Shown: positions 23,742 to 38,186 of the stretch, one piece after another
How the letters are laid out: each line of letters starts with the position of its first letter
Numbering within the stretch: position 1 is the first letter of the stretch
Source: Hyphochytrium catenoides
Lineage: Eukaryota; Protista; Hyphochytriomycota
Assembly (NCBI GenBank): GCA_900088475.1
Contig: FLMG01004315.1
Coordinates: 6,353-70,352, forward strand
DNA: 64,000 bases
Direction: 5' to 3'
Notes under the pieces: model-generated
What the model saw: the letters and a program-made list of their open reading frames with translations, nothing else
Databases searched by the model: none
What the model was told of the DNA's origin: nothing
Made by a program: the position numbers and the translations under genes

Positions 23742-26700
23742 CTATGCCTTGTACTTGCTCAAGTCTAGCTTCTGTCCTCTTGTCTGCGCCTTCGCTGTTG
23801 GTCTGTTACCAGCTACTGCTGCTCGAAGGGAGGACTCTAGCAGGTGACGGTTACCAGGGCTAAGCGCAGAAACCTCCTAAAGGGTATGACGGCCAGCAAG
23901 AGAATAACGACGGCATGAGAAGGTGAACGAGCGTTGGCAGATTCCGTCAGCTCGCATGCTAGAAAGAGAGAGAAGAGCTAGGGGAGGTGGCTATCCTGCT
24001 TGAGAAGTATGAAACTGAAAGTTGAGTTGAGCCAAGTGAAAAGAATGTCAAAGATACATAAAGCCACACAACGCAGATGGAGGCAGAGCCATTTACAGGT
24101 AAAGCACAAACAACCCAGGATAGCATGTAAACCCTACCGCTTTGAAGGCCACAGAAGCTGTCATGGCCAAATGAAGCACAGTCGATAGTGTCAAAGCCCT
24201 AAGACTCTCATCCTGGCCATGAAACAAGAGAGAAAAAAGACAACCAGGTAAGACATGGGAGATATTGTAGTCAATGCCGCCGCACCCGGTGCCCTCACAG
24301 GAAGATGATTGCTGTCTTACCTCGCTATTGTTGGCTAGGATGGGCAGAATGAGGCCTAGAAGAATATGGATGAGAGGCCCTTGATGGGCTTCGGAGACGA
24401 GCGAGGAAGAAAGAAGCAAAAGCTTAAGACATTCCTGCTTAAGAAGCGATTGCTCTTGCAACCCCTTCTCCCTTTTCTCTCTTAAATCTCCTATGCTTTC
24501 TTCTGGATGCTCTTGGTCTGCACCCTTGATCATAGCCACTAAATCTGGCCCCAGCACTTTCAGGTAGGCTCCAGCGACAGGCTTGAAGTCAGCATTAGCC
24601 AGCCCCCTCTGAAGAAATAGCCTGAGGGTTTCCAGAGCTGCTCTCTTTTTCTCGTACTCTCGAGGTCTATTGTGGCTGGGTTCTAACACCTTCTTATAGA
24701 CGTTGAGCAGCAGTCCCTGGGCCTCCTCATTTAGGGTTAACAAAGGGTCCGCGAGAAGGATTGAGGTCCCAACCACTAGCAACCGGGTAAGCTTTCGCGA
24801 GGCCGAAGGTGCGGAAGAAGACACGTGGCTTTCCTCCTCCAATAGCGAGATTGAGAGGGTGGCGACATCACTCAGAGTGGCCAGCATCATCTGAACGATG
24901 TCCTCAGTCACCCGCTCGCCCTTCCTCACGGAGGCTGAAGTTTCTTCAAGCAGTCCGAGAGAGAGAGAAAGTAGCTCTGGCTTATCATACAGACTCTCGT
25001 CCAGAGCAACGGAGAGGGTGGTCTCTAATGCGACAAGACATAACGTTGAGAACAGCTCGTCCTCAAAAGAGGAGGACTGCGCACTAAGGACCTTGAGTGC
25101 TTCTTGATCCGCGGTGGGTTCAGTAGGAGGCATAGAGGACCGTTGAGAAGTCACGAGGACAAGAAGTTCTCGCATTGACTTCAATCCCAACTCCAAGACA
25201 CCTTCGCTATACCCTTGGCTGCAAAATCGCGAAACAGTGATTGGCAGTCAGGAACTCCGTAGGACAAACAAAGTAGAAGATCTCTACTCTTAGATTCACG
25301 TAACAGCAAGCCTTGTCAGCTATAACTGATCGCCTTCCTTACCTATCAATGGAATTTATTGTCTTGACCCCTGTCTGTGCGGCTACCAGACGATTAAAGT
25401 TCAGTCTTTGTTGCAGGCGCGGTAGGCATAGGACGATGGGTCGCAATACCGCTTGCAGGGCGGTCTCTAGCATCTCTGCCACCTGATCCCTGTCACCTGG
25501 TTCATGGAAGCGTTTATGAGAGAAAAGGCAAGAGATTGGTGAGGTGAGCGAAGCATGAGAGACTTTGGAGAGTTGGTGTCCAGAGATGTCTAGCGCAAAG
25601 CATTGAACTGCTTGCAAAGATTCTCTTTGAGCTGATGAATAAGGGAAAGATGTCAAAAGGGTGGAGCCAGGTGCAACAAAGGATCAGACTGTGGGTTGAC
25701 TAGAGCGATGGTATCGTGCTTCTTGCGTGGAGCTACCTTCGCTAATGAAAGAGCTTCCACTGCCATTCTGCGAGAAGAATTGGTGTATAAAGCGGAGAAC
25801 AGCCAGTTGTTCCTGTGAAATGTTTCCAATAGGAGACTCAGGGGCAGGTAGGTGCGCAGTAAACTATAGGTGGTACTAGGGAGGACACCGAAACCTTGAA
25901 AATGAAGATAAGCCAATATTCCATCAGAGAGATTGACTTTAGTTGCCATGTTGTGTCTGTGCCCAAGACAAGAGCTCGAAAGCCATCACCGCGGGGTGAG
26001 ACTGAGTAGGCGGGATAAGCAGGGTGATGAAGACTGACTACCTGTGGTGACCCATGCAAGACTGTACTGTCTGAAAGTATGCGAAGTAGGTCTAACACGG
26101 CAACTACGCTTAGGTATTCGGGATGGATGTACTGCAGCGAGAGGTCTGTGAGAGCTTCTAAGCAGCAGATGGTACTCTCCTTGCCCTGTGCGTCGGTCGG
26201 AGACTGCGCAAGTGCGCAAAGGCACGAAGATAAAAGAATCTGGCAAGAGGACAGGAGTGTTGGTAAAGGGAGAGCGGGCGAGGAACGCTTGGACTTCATC
26301 TGTTGCTGCTAGCCAAAAGAACGGGCGGAAGAGCAGCGAGAAGCGATTAGTTAGGCAAGTTTGACCACATCGGTTCAACCATAAAGAAGAATCATAGGAT
26401 GTTCGACCGCAGGAAGATAGGAAAGAAAATAGTGCCATAACAATAAGACGACTGTCAGTCAACCTGCTGAGCTGCGAGCATGTGAGCTCAATTAGTGCCA
26501 CCGAGAAATGGGATGGGACGTTGCAAAGGAGAGAAGAAGGGTAAAGACAGGTTTTGGGGAAAACGGTCGACTTGACAGAGCTAACTGACAAACGATCTAC
26601 CCTCAGAGAGCTGCACGAAGGAAAAAGAAAGAGAGGACAGTCACCTTGACAGCTTTCAAGTCCTCTACAGTTACATGGGCAGCGGCCTTGGCCATAACTG

Positions 26701-29700
26701 TCCAGCCCTTCCCATACATTGGTTTGACGAATCGCTTCGACCCAGCTGTGAAAAATGCTCCTCCCACGGCCTCCGCAACCTCCTCGTCCATCAACCGGGG
26801 CCAATGACCCGTCCCTACAATCAGAGACGCACAAATACCCCGGAAGCAATTGCGGATAGCGGGAGACCGTGTAAGATTGTCTCTTGCGACATTGCCGTTT
26901 AAGCAGTAAAGACAGATAGCAGTAAACAGGAGACTCAAAGAAACAGAACGTCTAAAAGCTTCACCAATATAGCTACTTACCTTGAACTAAGATAGCATAG
27001 TCCTTCACCACTGATAGCCAGTGCTTACATAGGGAGGGAAGAAGAGATCTCAGTGCCTTTCTCAGCGCAGCAGCAGTCGCTTGTCTCCCGCTGCCCATAC
27101 TATGACCTCCTGACTGGCCTTCATCGCCGCCGTCTTGCCCATCTTCTGTGTAGGAGGTCGCAAAATTGTGCAATCTTGCAGCTGCAGTAAGGCGTGCGAG
27201 GTGCAACTGGGTAGCAACGTTCTCCTGGTAATTAGAGGCTACGGGAAGAGACACAGAGTCCAAGGCCTCCGGCAGGAGCATCTGGTACCCACGAGAGCCA
27301 TTACGGTCGAAACAGAAAGGATGGGAATGGGGCCAATTGAGAGGATACAGGGGACAGATAAAGCAAAGTGAGTCAGCGGACAAGGGGACAAGGAACCGGT
27401 GAGCTATGGCGAGATCAAAATCCCGGACAGACAGGGAAGTTTCCAAATAACGAAGGCACAAAACTAATCTCGATGTGGATCCTCTATCCGCTATCCCAGG
27501 ATGAACTCTTTTAATATATGTCTAACGCGCTCCATTGTCCGTTCCTCAGGTTCACGACATCCCACATAGAGCCTCTAAATACCCTGACCTTGATTATGCG
27601 CCTGAGCACCACTCCATCCTCTATTAGGCCTTCCTGCACTAGTAAAGCAGCTAGTCCGCAGCCCTCCACCGTCAGAAAGGGTAAGAGTGCAGGGTGGGAA
27701 AAAGCATTCCGAAGAGACGAAACAATTTGTGCCTCATACTGTCGCAGAATGCTCGCAGGAACGTCCGAGTCAGGGTCACATATCCTGGGGACCAGCCCAA
27801 CAGGATAGCGTCAGAACGGGGGATCAAAGTAAAGTCCAGATACCATGTTGAGGTGTAGATGGGATAGAGCTCCGGTAATACAGAAAATGAGCAGAGCCAA
27901 TATCAGGCGCCCACAAGCGCCCCAGGGGAATGTCACAAGCCTTAGACCTCTCTAAAATGCAAAAGAAAGACAAGCCAGCTGCCTAGTAGAAAAGAATGGA
28001 CGCAAAGCCGTACCTTGCAAAGGACGCGACTATACTCTGCAGTAACTTAACACCTTGCACCTGCATAGCTGGTAGGTCAAGGCTTTCTGTCGTCGCGGTA
28101 GCTGAGGCACAGGCCAGGGCCATGATATCATCAAGGTACATGCTGAGGAATGTGCCCTTGTGTCCTGTAACAGAGAGTATGAGACAGAAAAGTACATTAA
28201 GTAGAAATGCGAAACGACAACTTGTGGGAGATTTGATGTCTGGGAACGGTGGGAAGGGAAAATGGCTCAACGTAGAGTCTGAGATGCAGCAGGCACCGCC
28301 GTAATGATCTTGCCTTTGCACGCGAGTTGCCCCAAAGCGGAAAGGAGTACAGAAGACCAGCCACTTTGAACAATGTGCCCAAAGGAAGACTTCTCTCACC
28401 ATTATTGATACTCTTCCTGGCAAGGCTAAGGTCAAGATTCTCCCTGTTCCCAGAGCTAACAACATCTTCTAGCACTTGGAGAACGCACCGAAGTGCGAGG
28501 AGTTTGCTTTGCCATCTCATAGGTGGGAGGGAGCGGGATAGCAGAAGCGCTCGAGACCTCGCCTCCATACATAGGGCGTGGTAGGATGAAGAAGTGGATG
28601 GTCCTCCGCGTGGTGAAAGCTGAATGTGCACAGAGGAAAGTTAGGACCAGATGAGCCGCCAGAAAGTCGCAAAACGTGGAGCAGGCATAGCACTGGTAAA
28701 AGCATTACAGGACGAAGCCATAGACAGTGAGGGCAGCAAGGACTGACCTCTCCCACTACTGCTTCTCCAGCAGTAGGGGAAATGGCTGTGGGCATAGCTC
28801 CGCTGGCGTTGGACCCTCCCCCCGTCACTGCAGCCTTACAAAAGAGCACCCAATGGACTGGACGACCACCATGCCGGTGGCCACCTAGTGAAGGGCGACC
28901 GTACAAAAGAAAGGCATTGAGACGGGGAAGGTTTACTCTGGCATAGAGTATAGGAGAATAGGCACTGTTCTGAACACATTTGGAGAAGACTCCGGGCTAT
29001 CCAGAGGCACAGAGTGGACCAAAGAAAGGGAGGTAGAACAATTACCGTCGATCTCAACAAGAGTTTGCAACGTGGTGACAATATCGCCCTGCATTTCTTG
29101 CAAGTCCCGACTAGCAAGCGGCGCGTCGTTGTTTACAGTCGCAAGGTATGTCAAAGAAGGGGATCGCACCCAACCCGATGAACTGAGGAGAACGTGATGC
29201 CGTCCGCGTGGCCGAGAAGGACAGAGAGACGCGAGAAACAAAAGATTGGTATTAAGGCTTCTACAACGAGAAACAGTGATCTAAGAATAACCGAGGGAGA
29301 GGCGGAAAAAACATTTGACCATCACGCGTGATGAGGAGAGACGTGGATGGAAGTACAGATCAACGGAGAAGCCAAGAAGAAACGAGTGAGATTACTGAGA
29401 TGGGCGAGACCGCGAAAGAGGAAAAGCGTGGATAGGTCACCTTCCAAGCTCCTCTGCTAGCCGCAGCAAAACGAGATCTAGATTCTGCTCCTTAATGACC
29501 GTCGGGTCGCGCTCGGCGAGTCGCCTAAAGCAGGATACTGAACAATCTTTATGTTAGTGCATGAGCATACCAGAATTGGTTCAGTTTCGCCTCAAATCAG
29601 CTCGCTCTTCCATTCAGCTCCCTCTTGCTCAGAGGATGGCTACCTCTGTTCACCTGCTGGGTCTATCACCGTCTTCGACGGCTGTCTCACCTGCGACTCT

Positions 29701-32700
29701 TCTGCAACCGTAAGGTAAATCACTGTTGAAGAGCTGTTCGTGCAGATAAGGCAACATCTGCGGACGATTTAGCGCTTTCGGGGCAAAAAGCGCTAGATGC
29801 TGGAAAACGGAAGAGCAACGGGACTTAGACAGACATTGGGAACGCCAAAAAGACTGACCTGAGAGCAGTGTTCATTTTGGATAGTTCTACTCTCATGCCG
29901 CGCTTTCAACCTATCTATTCCTAGCTTAAACTCTGTCGCACCTCTACAAGGCGCAGACACTCTTGCTGCACAGCAGGCTCCATCTTTCTATGGACCAACT
30001 CCCATACAGCCAGGGTCTCGTCCAGAAAACTCCGGCTAAAGGAAACCTCAGGCCCCAGGGCTGAGACAATTGCGTTTAACAGGCGGGCTACGACCGCGGC
30101 GAGCCCTAACAGACGGACATTTTGGGGGACGGTTTTTCAGCGATTACCAACCACTTCGCAAGGTGAGCATGTGGATAGATCTCAGTGAGAATAAGGGGTA
30201 AGAGAGATCGTTGGCGGCAAATGAAGGTGTCGTAAGCATCTCATCTCTCCATCTCTCTATCCTCATCTTTTTCCCGCTTTCTCACATCACCCTTCCACTG
30301 AATTGTCGTAACCTAGCTTTCTCAATTATATACCTGTGTCATGAAGTCCTCCTTCCGTTGGAGAGAGGGTAATGTCTGCAAGGATGTGTGCATCGATCAG
30401 CGAAAAGGTGCTCTTGATATACTGCTCAAACTCCGACCCGACCGCCTGCAGAGAAAAATCATGGGGGAAATGCTGTCAGCACAAGCGGTCAGTTGGCAGA
30501 ACTATGCCCTGAGAAAGTCGATTAGAAGGGTTGCGGCAAAGTGAAGCGCACCAGGAATGCGCAGTCATCGGCCCGACGCGCGACCTAGTTTGAGAGAGGA
30601 GATGTGGTTGAAGACAAGGATACGCAGTCATTTTTAGCTAGTCTACCATTGAGTCCAAGATGGTCCCCCACGCATGCAGGGCAGTGGTGCGAAGAGGCTG
30701 AGCGAGGTCACTGCATGCTTTGTAAAGCAAGCTGGTGTCGATTTGTACTCCTGCCCCTCCTCCTTTTCTTTTGAGCAGCGCAAGACACAGCACAGCCCCA
30801 GCCTTGGCGTACAAGGAGCTTGAAGCAGATGTAGCATTCGTAGGACTTTTTTTCCCTTCGTCCCTACCACGGTGTTGGAGAAAGAGGAGATGCATGGTTA
30901 AAGCTACTCAACGCAGAGGATCTGTATGGGTTCACAACAAAAACCACAGTTATGCAGATATACTTAAACCCATTGCGAGGACTCGTGAACAGAGCAGCTC
31001 TATAGGGACGACTGGTGACGAGATGGGACAAATGGGCAGAAGATTAGACGCTGCGAAGGCTCACTTAAGAATTGCTTCTGTCTGTTTGGTCAGCGCGACC
31101 AGAAAATCGGCCCCGAAGTGCAGACCCAAGGACGTCAACGATTCGGCGGCACTGCGACGCAGTACAGTGCGCGGGCTACCGAGCATGCCTGATGGAACTA
31201 AAACTGAGATGGCTTTGAAGATGGCGCAGGGAAGAGATAAAATATAGCATGGACGTAGACTTGCACGACCGAACTAATGGCCATATTATAAGCTGTCCCA
31301 ATGTCCTACGAATAGTGAGGAATGTAAAGAGATGGGCGCACCTATGAGTAAAGGCTGAAGCATCTGTCCCCAGGCTTCTCCAACTTTGCTGTCTCCCTTT
31401 CGTGCTTGCAATAGCCGCAAAGAAGCGTAGATGGCGGTGGCGACGTTAAATGCGCATACATTGGCTACAGGCATGACCCCCTGTTGCATGGGTGCGGACC
31501 CAAACAGAAATGGCGGGATCGTTGACAGAACAGAGGTACGGAGGAAAGAGGAGTGAGGCTCACAGCGGATAGAAGCTGCGTTCTTTCTGTGCTCTTTGCA
31601 GATGCTATGGGAGAACGATACCGGCTATGATGCCTGTAGAAACTCATCAACAACGCTAGAACTGCCCCACGGTTCACACCGACTTACTGCACTACAGTCC
31701 CGTTCCTCTACTTGCTAAAAAGTTTTACTTTACGCCCTACCTGTGCCTGCCTGTTGGCAGCGTCTGAAATCTTGATAGCTGATGCAAGCATTTGAACTAG
31801 CTCCAGCTTCTTGGGAGCCGTGACTTCTTGAAACAATTCTGCAAAGAGAATAATTGCGGCATCAACAAGCTTGATCTGTAAGAAGAGTAGGAGTGTTGAC
31901 AGAAAAAGGAACTTTAGTGCTTTGTACGTAGAGCGTCGGTCGTTCTATCACGCTTTAGCTGTACTAGCATTCGCTAGACAATTCTCTTCACCCCCTTGAG
32001 CAGTAGCCTTTACCCCCAGTGTCCGCATTCAGTCTCGTCAAAGCCTCCCTTCTTTTCTTGAAATTTGCGTCTACATTCCCCCTTCTTTTTACAGCTCGGC
32101 AGAAGCTGCTTTTATATTTAACCTGTCTTTCGTTCTTAAGCATCAATCCTTCTCCTGCCGTTAGCACAATCGAATGGCTCCTCTACTCCCTACACTAGCA
32201 AGACGGTCTCCCAATATCGCGTCAGTACCTGTGTGAAGCCATTGCTGATGCACTTCTGCAGGCGATTGGCTCGGCTCCCTTCCAATAGGCCCTGAGACGA
32301 CGTCCACCAGAGCTGGTTCAGGACAGCATTCTCCCACTCCATGTCGGATAGCGTTGCGGCCGAAAGGAGTGAGAGAGAGAAGAGAGTATGATGACTCGCT
32401 GTAGTAGCCGAGCCCAGGTCAGCAAGGCGAAGAGACGAAGCAGACGATAGAAGGTCGTTCTCCTTCGACAGGGTCTGCGTCAGTAGGGAGGACTCTGTCT
32501 GGATGGACTGGGTCTGAATGGCCGAAATGATATACAAGCAAAAATAAATGTCAACCGAGAACAACAGCTTTGGCCGCAACTTTTCAGCTTGAACAGCAAA
32601 ACAGTGTAAGTCAGAAGCGCTACTTCAGGAAGATATTGTGGATGAAGGATGGCAGACCACATTAAGGCAAGTAATTGAAGACCCGATCAAATCAAGAAGC

Positions 32701-35700
32701 ACAAGGAACCCGTCATGAACGGCGTGGATGGTTCTTACCGAGGTGAGAGATGTTACATTCGTTGTGAAATGTTGTACACACATCTGAAGCAGGGAGTTAC
32801 CCAGAGACGGATATGAAGAGGGAGGCAGCCAAGAGAAAGCTTCCAGCAGAAGTGCTCGAAGGCGCAGAAGAGAAGAACGGCCCTTTGGCTTATCAGGAGC
32901 TGCCAGGACACCAGCCTGTACACTGATTTGTGAAAGAATCGGTCAGAAGAACTGCCATGTCAATTCTCCCTTGCAATGCTAAATCTGTCTTGTCATTCCA
33001 TTTCTCTTCACTTCCGTTACTACAAACTTCCAGAGTTTTCGCTTGAGCGATGACTTTACCTATTGAAAAGGGTTGTCAGGAGGTCTACTACCTGGACCCT
33101 AGTGCCAGGAACCTCGTCCAGGAGCTGAGAGCAGGAGCGGATTAATTGGAGAAGTGCCACCATTGCGTTCTCTGCACGGATCTACAAAAGAAGAGAATTA
33201 ACAAGGTTAACAGTTGTCATGGAAAGCTTGAAACGCCCTTCGCTCAAGACCTCAGTCCTCGACTATGAAGCTCACCAGACCATGCGTCACGTTCATTGCA
33301 CTTATATCTTCTGTGCTTCCAAAGACTCTTTTCCAAAGATAGAAGAGTCTCTTCAGCCATGGCCTGCAAAAGCGTGGACCCAGGCTTACAAGTCCCGTCA
33401 AAACGATCCAGCCAGCGCGACTGCAGGTTAGACAGACCCCTGCTAGGAAGCAGAAAGGAGTTCATATCAGGGCAAACCAGAGAGAAGTAAGATCGAAAAG
33501 AGAGAGAGATTAAGCAACCCTTAGCAAACATGAGAAGTTCTAGGGGCACGTTACAAAGTGGTCGAAGCGATAGGTGACTTAGAATAGTAAGTAAGAGCAC
33601 AAATAGCATTAGACTTGCCTCCAGAGGTTTTTAAAGTGTCGTCAAACTGACGTTGCATGAGTTTCTCGGCCTCTGCGAGCAAGTTCTGTGCGATGACCGA
33701 CGGGAAACCCTGGCGGTTATCTCTGCTTGCCACCAGGACCAGTGCTGGGTAACACCGGTCAAGTGTAAGTCAGTCCAATGGCACCTGTGTATCCTTTGTC
33801 CTTTCACTTCGGGGCTCCTTCCGGGGCTCCGTAGCACTAAGGATAGCATGTCCTTACCTACGGCAGTGCAGCTTCCGTGTAGAGGAAACATTTTGCCTCG
33901 AAGGCTGTCTTCAGTTCCTTCTTTTTCACTGCCATGCTGGAGAGCTGCGGCGGCCACAAGAGCCTCATGCGCTGTCTGGATACGCGAGAGGAGGGCCTCC
34001 AATGTCCTTTACAGGCACAGGCAATAAAATGCAGACGCGAACGAGGAGATTGTAAGTAAGACCACTTCAGCTCTACTACCCTTTCCGCTTCCCTCAAGTA
34101 CCCCTGATTGAAGCAGCAAGCTAGTAATCCTCTAGCGTCCTAGCTCCATAGTCCAAAACCCTATTCTCTCACACACTCACTCTCCAAGTAGGTGCGGCAA
34201 GGCACTAGATAAAGAGCACAAGGCGGTTGCTGCTTGATATCTGACAGCATGTTGCTGATGGCTGAGCAACAGAAGAATCTCCTTCCTTGCTTCTTCTTCA
34301 AGGACCGCACTGGCCTCACCAAGGGTGGAGAAAAGGTGCGTCATCTCCAAGAGTATGACCACCAGCTGAAGACAGAAATGAAAGGATCAGCAACAAAAAG
34401 AAGAGAGCCCGGAGACAGAAAGTATGTCACCAACCACAAGCAGTGCGAGCATGGTGCTCATTTAACACAGCACTACAAGAGAGCAAGAAAGCTAGGTAGA
34501 AGGTTGGGGCTAAATAGCCAAACTGATAGGTCATCACCTCATCCGGACCGCACTGCTTGCTGGTCAACATGACACCCAACTCCTTCAGAATAAGTTGTTG
34601 ATATCGCTCTGGACAGGTTACGCTGAAGTCTCTACATAGGAAGAGCGGGAGGACAGTCGCTTAAGAAAGGAAGGCGAGGACTAGAATGGTCCCAGGAAGA
34701 TTGCACTTCAGGTAGACGGCCATCGAGTAGCTCTAGAGAGCAAAATCTAGAGAACGCACTGTGGACACAACGATATTATTTTACCTCAAGACGGACCGGG
34801 AGAGGGACAGAACATTGATGCTACGAAAGCTAAAAATTAAGTGCTGACCTTATAATCTGACCTACGATGGCCCGGAAAGCCACCAGTTCACCTTCTTGCA
34901 CAGTGGAAGATGTCTGGTCCATGATGCGTACAATAAGCCTTGAGCATTGGCTGATGCCAACTTCAGAGAGATCGCCTTACACGAGGGTGGAGAAAGGTTG
35001 ACAGCATATGTTAACGATTGGAAGACGAGGCAGGCTATTGTCAAAGCCTCAAAGGCATCATCGCCTGTTGGAGAGAGGTTCTTCTCAGGTTTGCTTCGAA
35101 CCATTTACCTTTGATCGCGGAGAAGAAGGATCGAAACGCGGACACCAGACCGACCCGAACTGATCTCGCTGATACCTTCAAAAGATGCTGGACCAAAAAT
35201 AAGACTGCTCCCTGCACATCGAAGCTAAGGAGAAACGCCCAGTAAAAACATGAACTCAATTTAGCGAGAAACATGATCCTCAAATCTAGAATTCAACTCT
35301 AAAGGTTCAAAGCGCATTTTAGCTCTCCCATTGAAGTATCTCAAGCTCCGGATGAAAGGTTATAGACTGCTACACAAAGGACTTGAAAGGTGCGCAGTTA
35401 GGCGAAACACACAGCACACGATGCATGGGACCACCTTTGGGGTTTCTCTTTCTTGCGAGCAAGTGAGCCAGGGAGATGCTGCTGCATTGCTTGTGGGAGG
35501 GCCACCGAGGGAAGGGAGGCCATACTTCTACCTATTTTGAAGATATTTTTCCTCTTGCCGGCAGCTGAGGAGCTTGCCGGCGTACCGACCTCACCAACAG
35601 TATCGCTATTTACTTCTTCGTCCGGTTGGGACAGAGAGGAGGAAGAGGATGGCTTAAGCTTTGCGTTGGAAGGAAGGCTCTGGGTTGCAAGAGCAAGGAT

Positions 35701-37017
35701 AAGGCCCAAAGTTGTACCAAAAGCAGCTCGAATCTCTTGTGACTCATCCTCCAGACCTCTCAGTGAATAGGACAGTAAGGAGTCTAGGGAGAGAGAAGAG
35801 AAGTTGTTGCCATTTTTGGCGAGCTCGAGAAGGATTGAGGGACATCCAGCTCGTACTTCGGGGTATTTGTCAGTAAGCAAGCGTGGAAATTGTTTCCCTA
35901 TCTCTTGGTGTATCATAGCTCCTAAAGAAGCACAACGTTAACAGAGGAGAACCACAGTGAAGCAGTGCCGCAGACAATTATACAAGCATTGCCACACAGG
36001 TAAAACGTGGAAAGATGAGTTATCCCAGCGCAAACACTCTGCAAAGACCCAGTGGCTAAAGCACCACTTTGAAAGCTGCTTGGGATAGAGGATGTAGAAG
36101 AGGACGCCAAGGGAAAGTAGTAGCAGGTATGGCCACCAAGACCCTCACCACTGACGCCCGCGCCACTGACACAGCAAGCGATTGACTTTACAGCTTCAAC
36201 TCTCATCGTCACATCGGGACTCTTGGTCTGTTTGAGCAGAAGAGATGTCACTCCTGCTGCCTCCCTAAGTGCCGTCACAGAAGTCGAGGCGAGGATGCCA
36301 CCCAGAGCTTGAGTGGCCGCAATCTTAGAGTCCAGCTGGGTGGAGCGGCTGGATAGGATCGTCTTGAAAGCGGAGGGGAATGTTAGACTAAAGAGTGAAC
36401 TATGAAACTCGACAAAGTACTGCGGCTAAGCAAGCGCAAGAGGAGAGAGAAAAGAAAGATGCTCAAGGCAGTATTTTTATAGATGATATTCTTAGATAAC
36501 GAAGGTATAACAGCAAAGAATGTGGACAGACAACAAAACTGCATGGCTAGTCTTGTTAAAAGACGATGAAGCCAACGTAATGGCATGTGAGTCGTGGTTT
36601 GGTTGCGGCCCGGTCAGGGGCAAAGGATACCTGAATGTTCCCGACGACCGTGTCCAGTCTGGATGTTTCTCCGTTTTTAAAAAGGGCGACATAGCACTCA
36701 GTAAGAAGCACTCGAATTGCAGATGATAGTTCAATCTTCTTGGACGCCAACACTTCATAGAGTTTCTCCTCCACGATGCGCTGCCAGGCAATGAGGTCCG
36801 CCTAATGGTCCAGCGCCGAATTAAACCATGAGTAGCATGACGACCGCGCAAACTTTACCTTATCCGACGTGACGATGGCATTGCTAAGGAAGTAAAGGCC
36901 ATGGTAGACCTTCCTCCTCGCAATCTGCCGCTTAGAAGCATCCTCGGCGAGCTTCAGAGCGGCAGATACCTCTGAGGCTGCACTGTCTATTGTCTTCATG
37001 TTGACGACCCGCGCCAT
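23742..37017 (-). CDS. HEATR5: HEAT repeat-containing protein 5 (HEATR5/Laa1/SWEETIE; AP-1 accessory factor), many exons
   Basis: Long HEAT-repeat exon series: LLTDKYPEVR, LEDESQEIRAAF, LGEASAVLEE...LLSHQQHAVRYQAA, IVSALGPE, HLALFAP, CFRRLAERDP, PMRWQSK, YLDDIMALAC...VQGVKLL, HWLSVVKDYAIL. Ends ...KLDLSKYKA* (TAG 23742). Putative start MARVVNMK. Confidence 0.88.
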
Positions 37018-38186
37018 GCAAAATGACCTCACCTAGTGTACTTACTCAAGCAGCAAGTATCGGGCTCATCTTGGTCTCAAGCAAAGTGCAGTCCTCTTTT
37101 CCTACATGCCTGTTCATCCCTTGCGCCTTCAGCCTCCGTCCTCAATAGTTAAAGCGATGCTAAAGGGGCCAACAAAGGGCTGCTTCCCAGGTCTGATTCT
37201 GCCGCTCAGGTCATCGGATGAGAGTCTTCAGCACCAGACCCACAATCAATGAAGAGACTCCACCACGGCACAAAGCTATAAAGGATCTTATACAGCCACT
37301 GTAACCACCTTCCAACACTACAACACCAGGTGCGAACAGGGTCCAGAATGACTGCCCCATTTCTCCACTTATTTCTAGATTTCACCTACTCATATTCTCA
37401 ATCGTGAGCGCTAAATGATTATCAGCCTCGGAATCAGACCCGAGATCTATCATCAAGTGAAGAAACGACCAAGGCAATGGCAACGAAGACAAAGCTTCTC
37501 CATCAGCCACCCGGACCGAACAGTATGGAGGAAGATCAACTGCAGCTTGGACTTCAGGACCAACGATGAAAGCTCTTGAAGGCCCTAGAGTTCACGAGAG
37601 AGAGGGAGGTTTAAGGGGAGCTAGTCAAGGGTTAGGGAAGGACACTCACTCATGGCAAGACTGACGTGGCAGCATTGATAACGCATGACGAGATGTTCAT
37701 TATTGTCTGTTGGTGTTGAGGCTTCAGAGCTCCGCTTCAATGGCCGCATGTTCCTTTCGTCACCTTAGTCAGGGTTTCAGGACGGCGGTATAACTATCTA
37801 GGTTGCGCTTGTTCGCTGAGGCATTTCTCGAAGTGGTGCTGATCCGATCTGAGAGTGTCCAAGGCAAAGGTAAAAAGGAAAGGCTGCACGTCCATCCAAC
37901 TGATAACCTCCCTGTGCCGGTTAGCTCTTGGAAGAGTAGAGCTTAAATCTTTCTTCTGTGGCTGCTAGGCTATGTGTCAACCTCTGGAAAATAGAGCCAC
38001 TGACCTCTACGTACATACTGCAGGTTGCCATCTTTTGCAACTCTAAACTCTCTGAGTCGCTGCAGGTTACACAGTGCTCGTTACACAGAGCTCGTGTTTC
38101 ATATTATTAGCTTAATTTACACTCTCTGAACGAGGTTCCATTCCAGACGACCACGGAACTGAGCCTCGGACTGATATCTTCTGCCT

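Noticed and set aside
37100-38100. Possible small gene or snoRNA between HEATR5 and the glucan synthase
   Set aside because: Only ORFs under 60 aa, and a TGATGA...CTGA pair too close together for a snoRNA.
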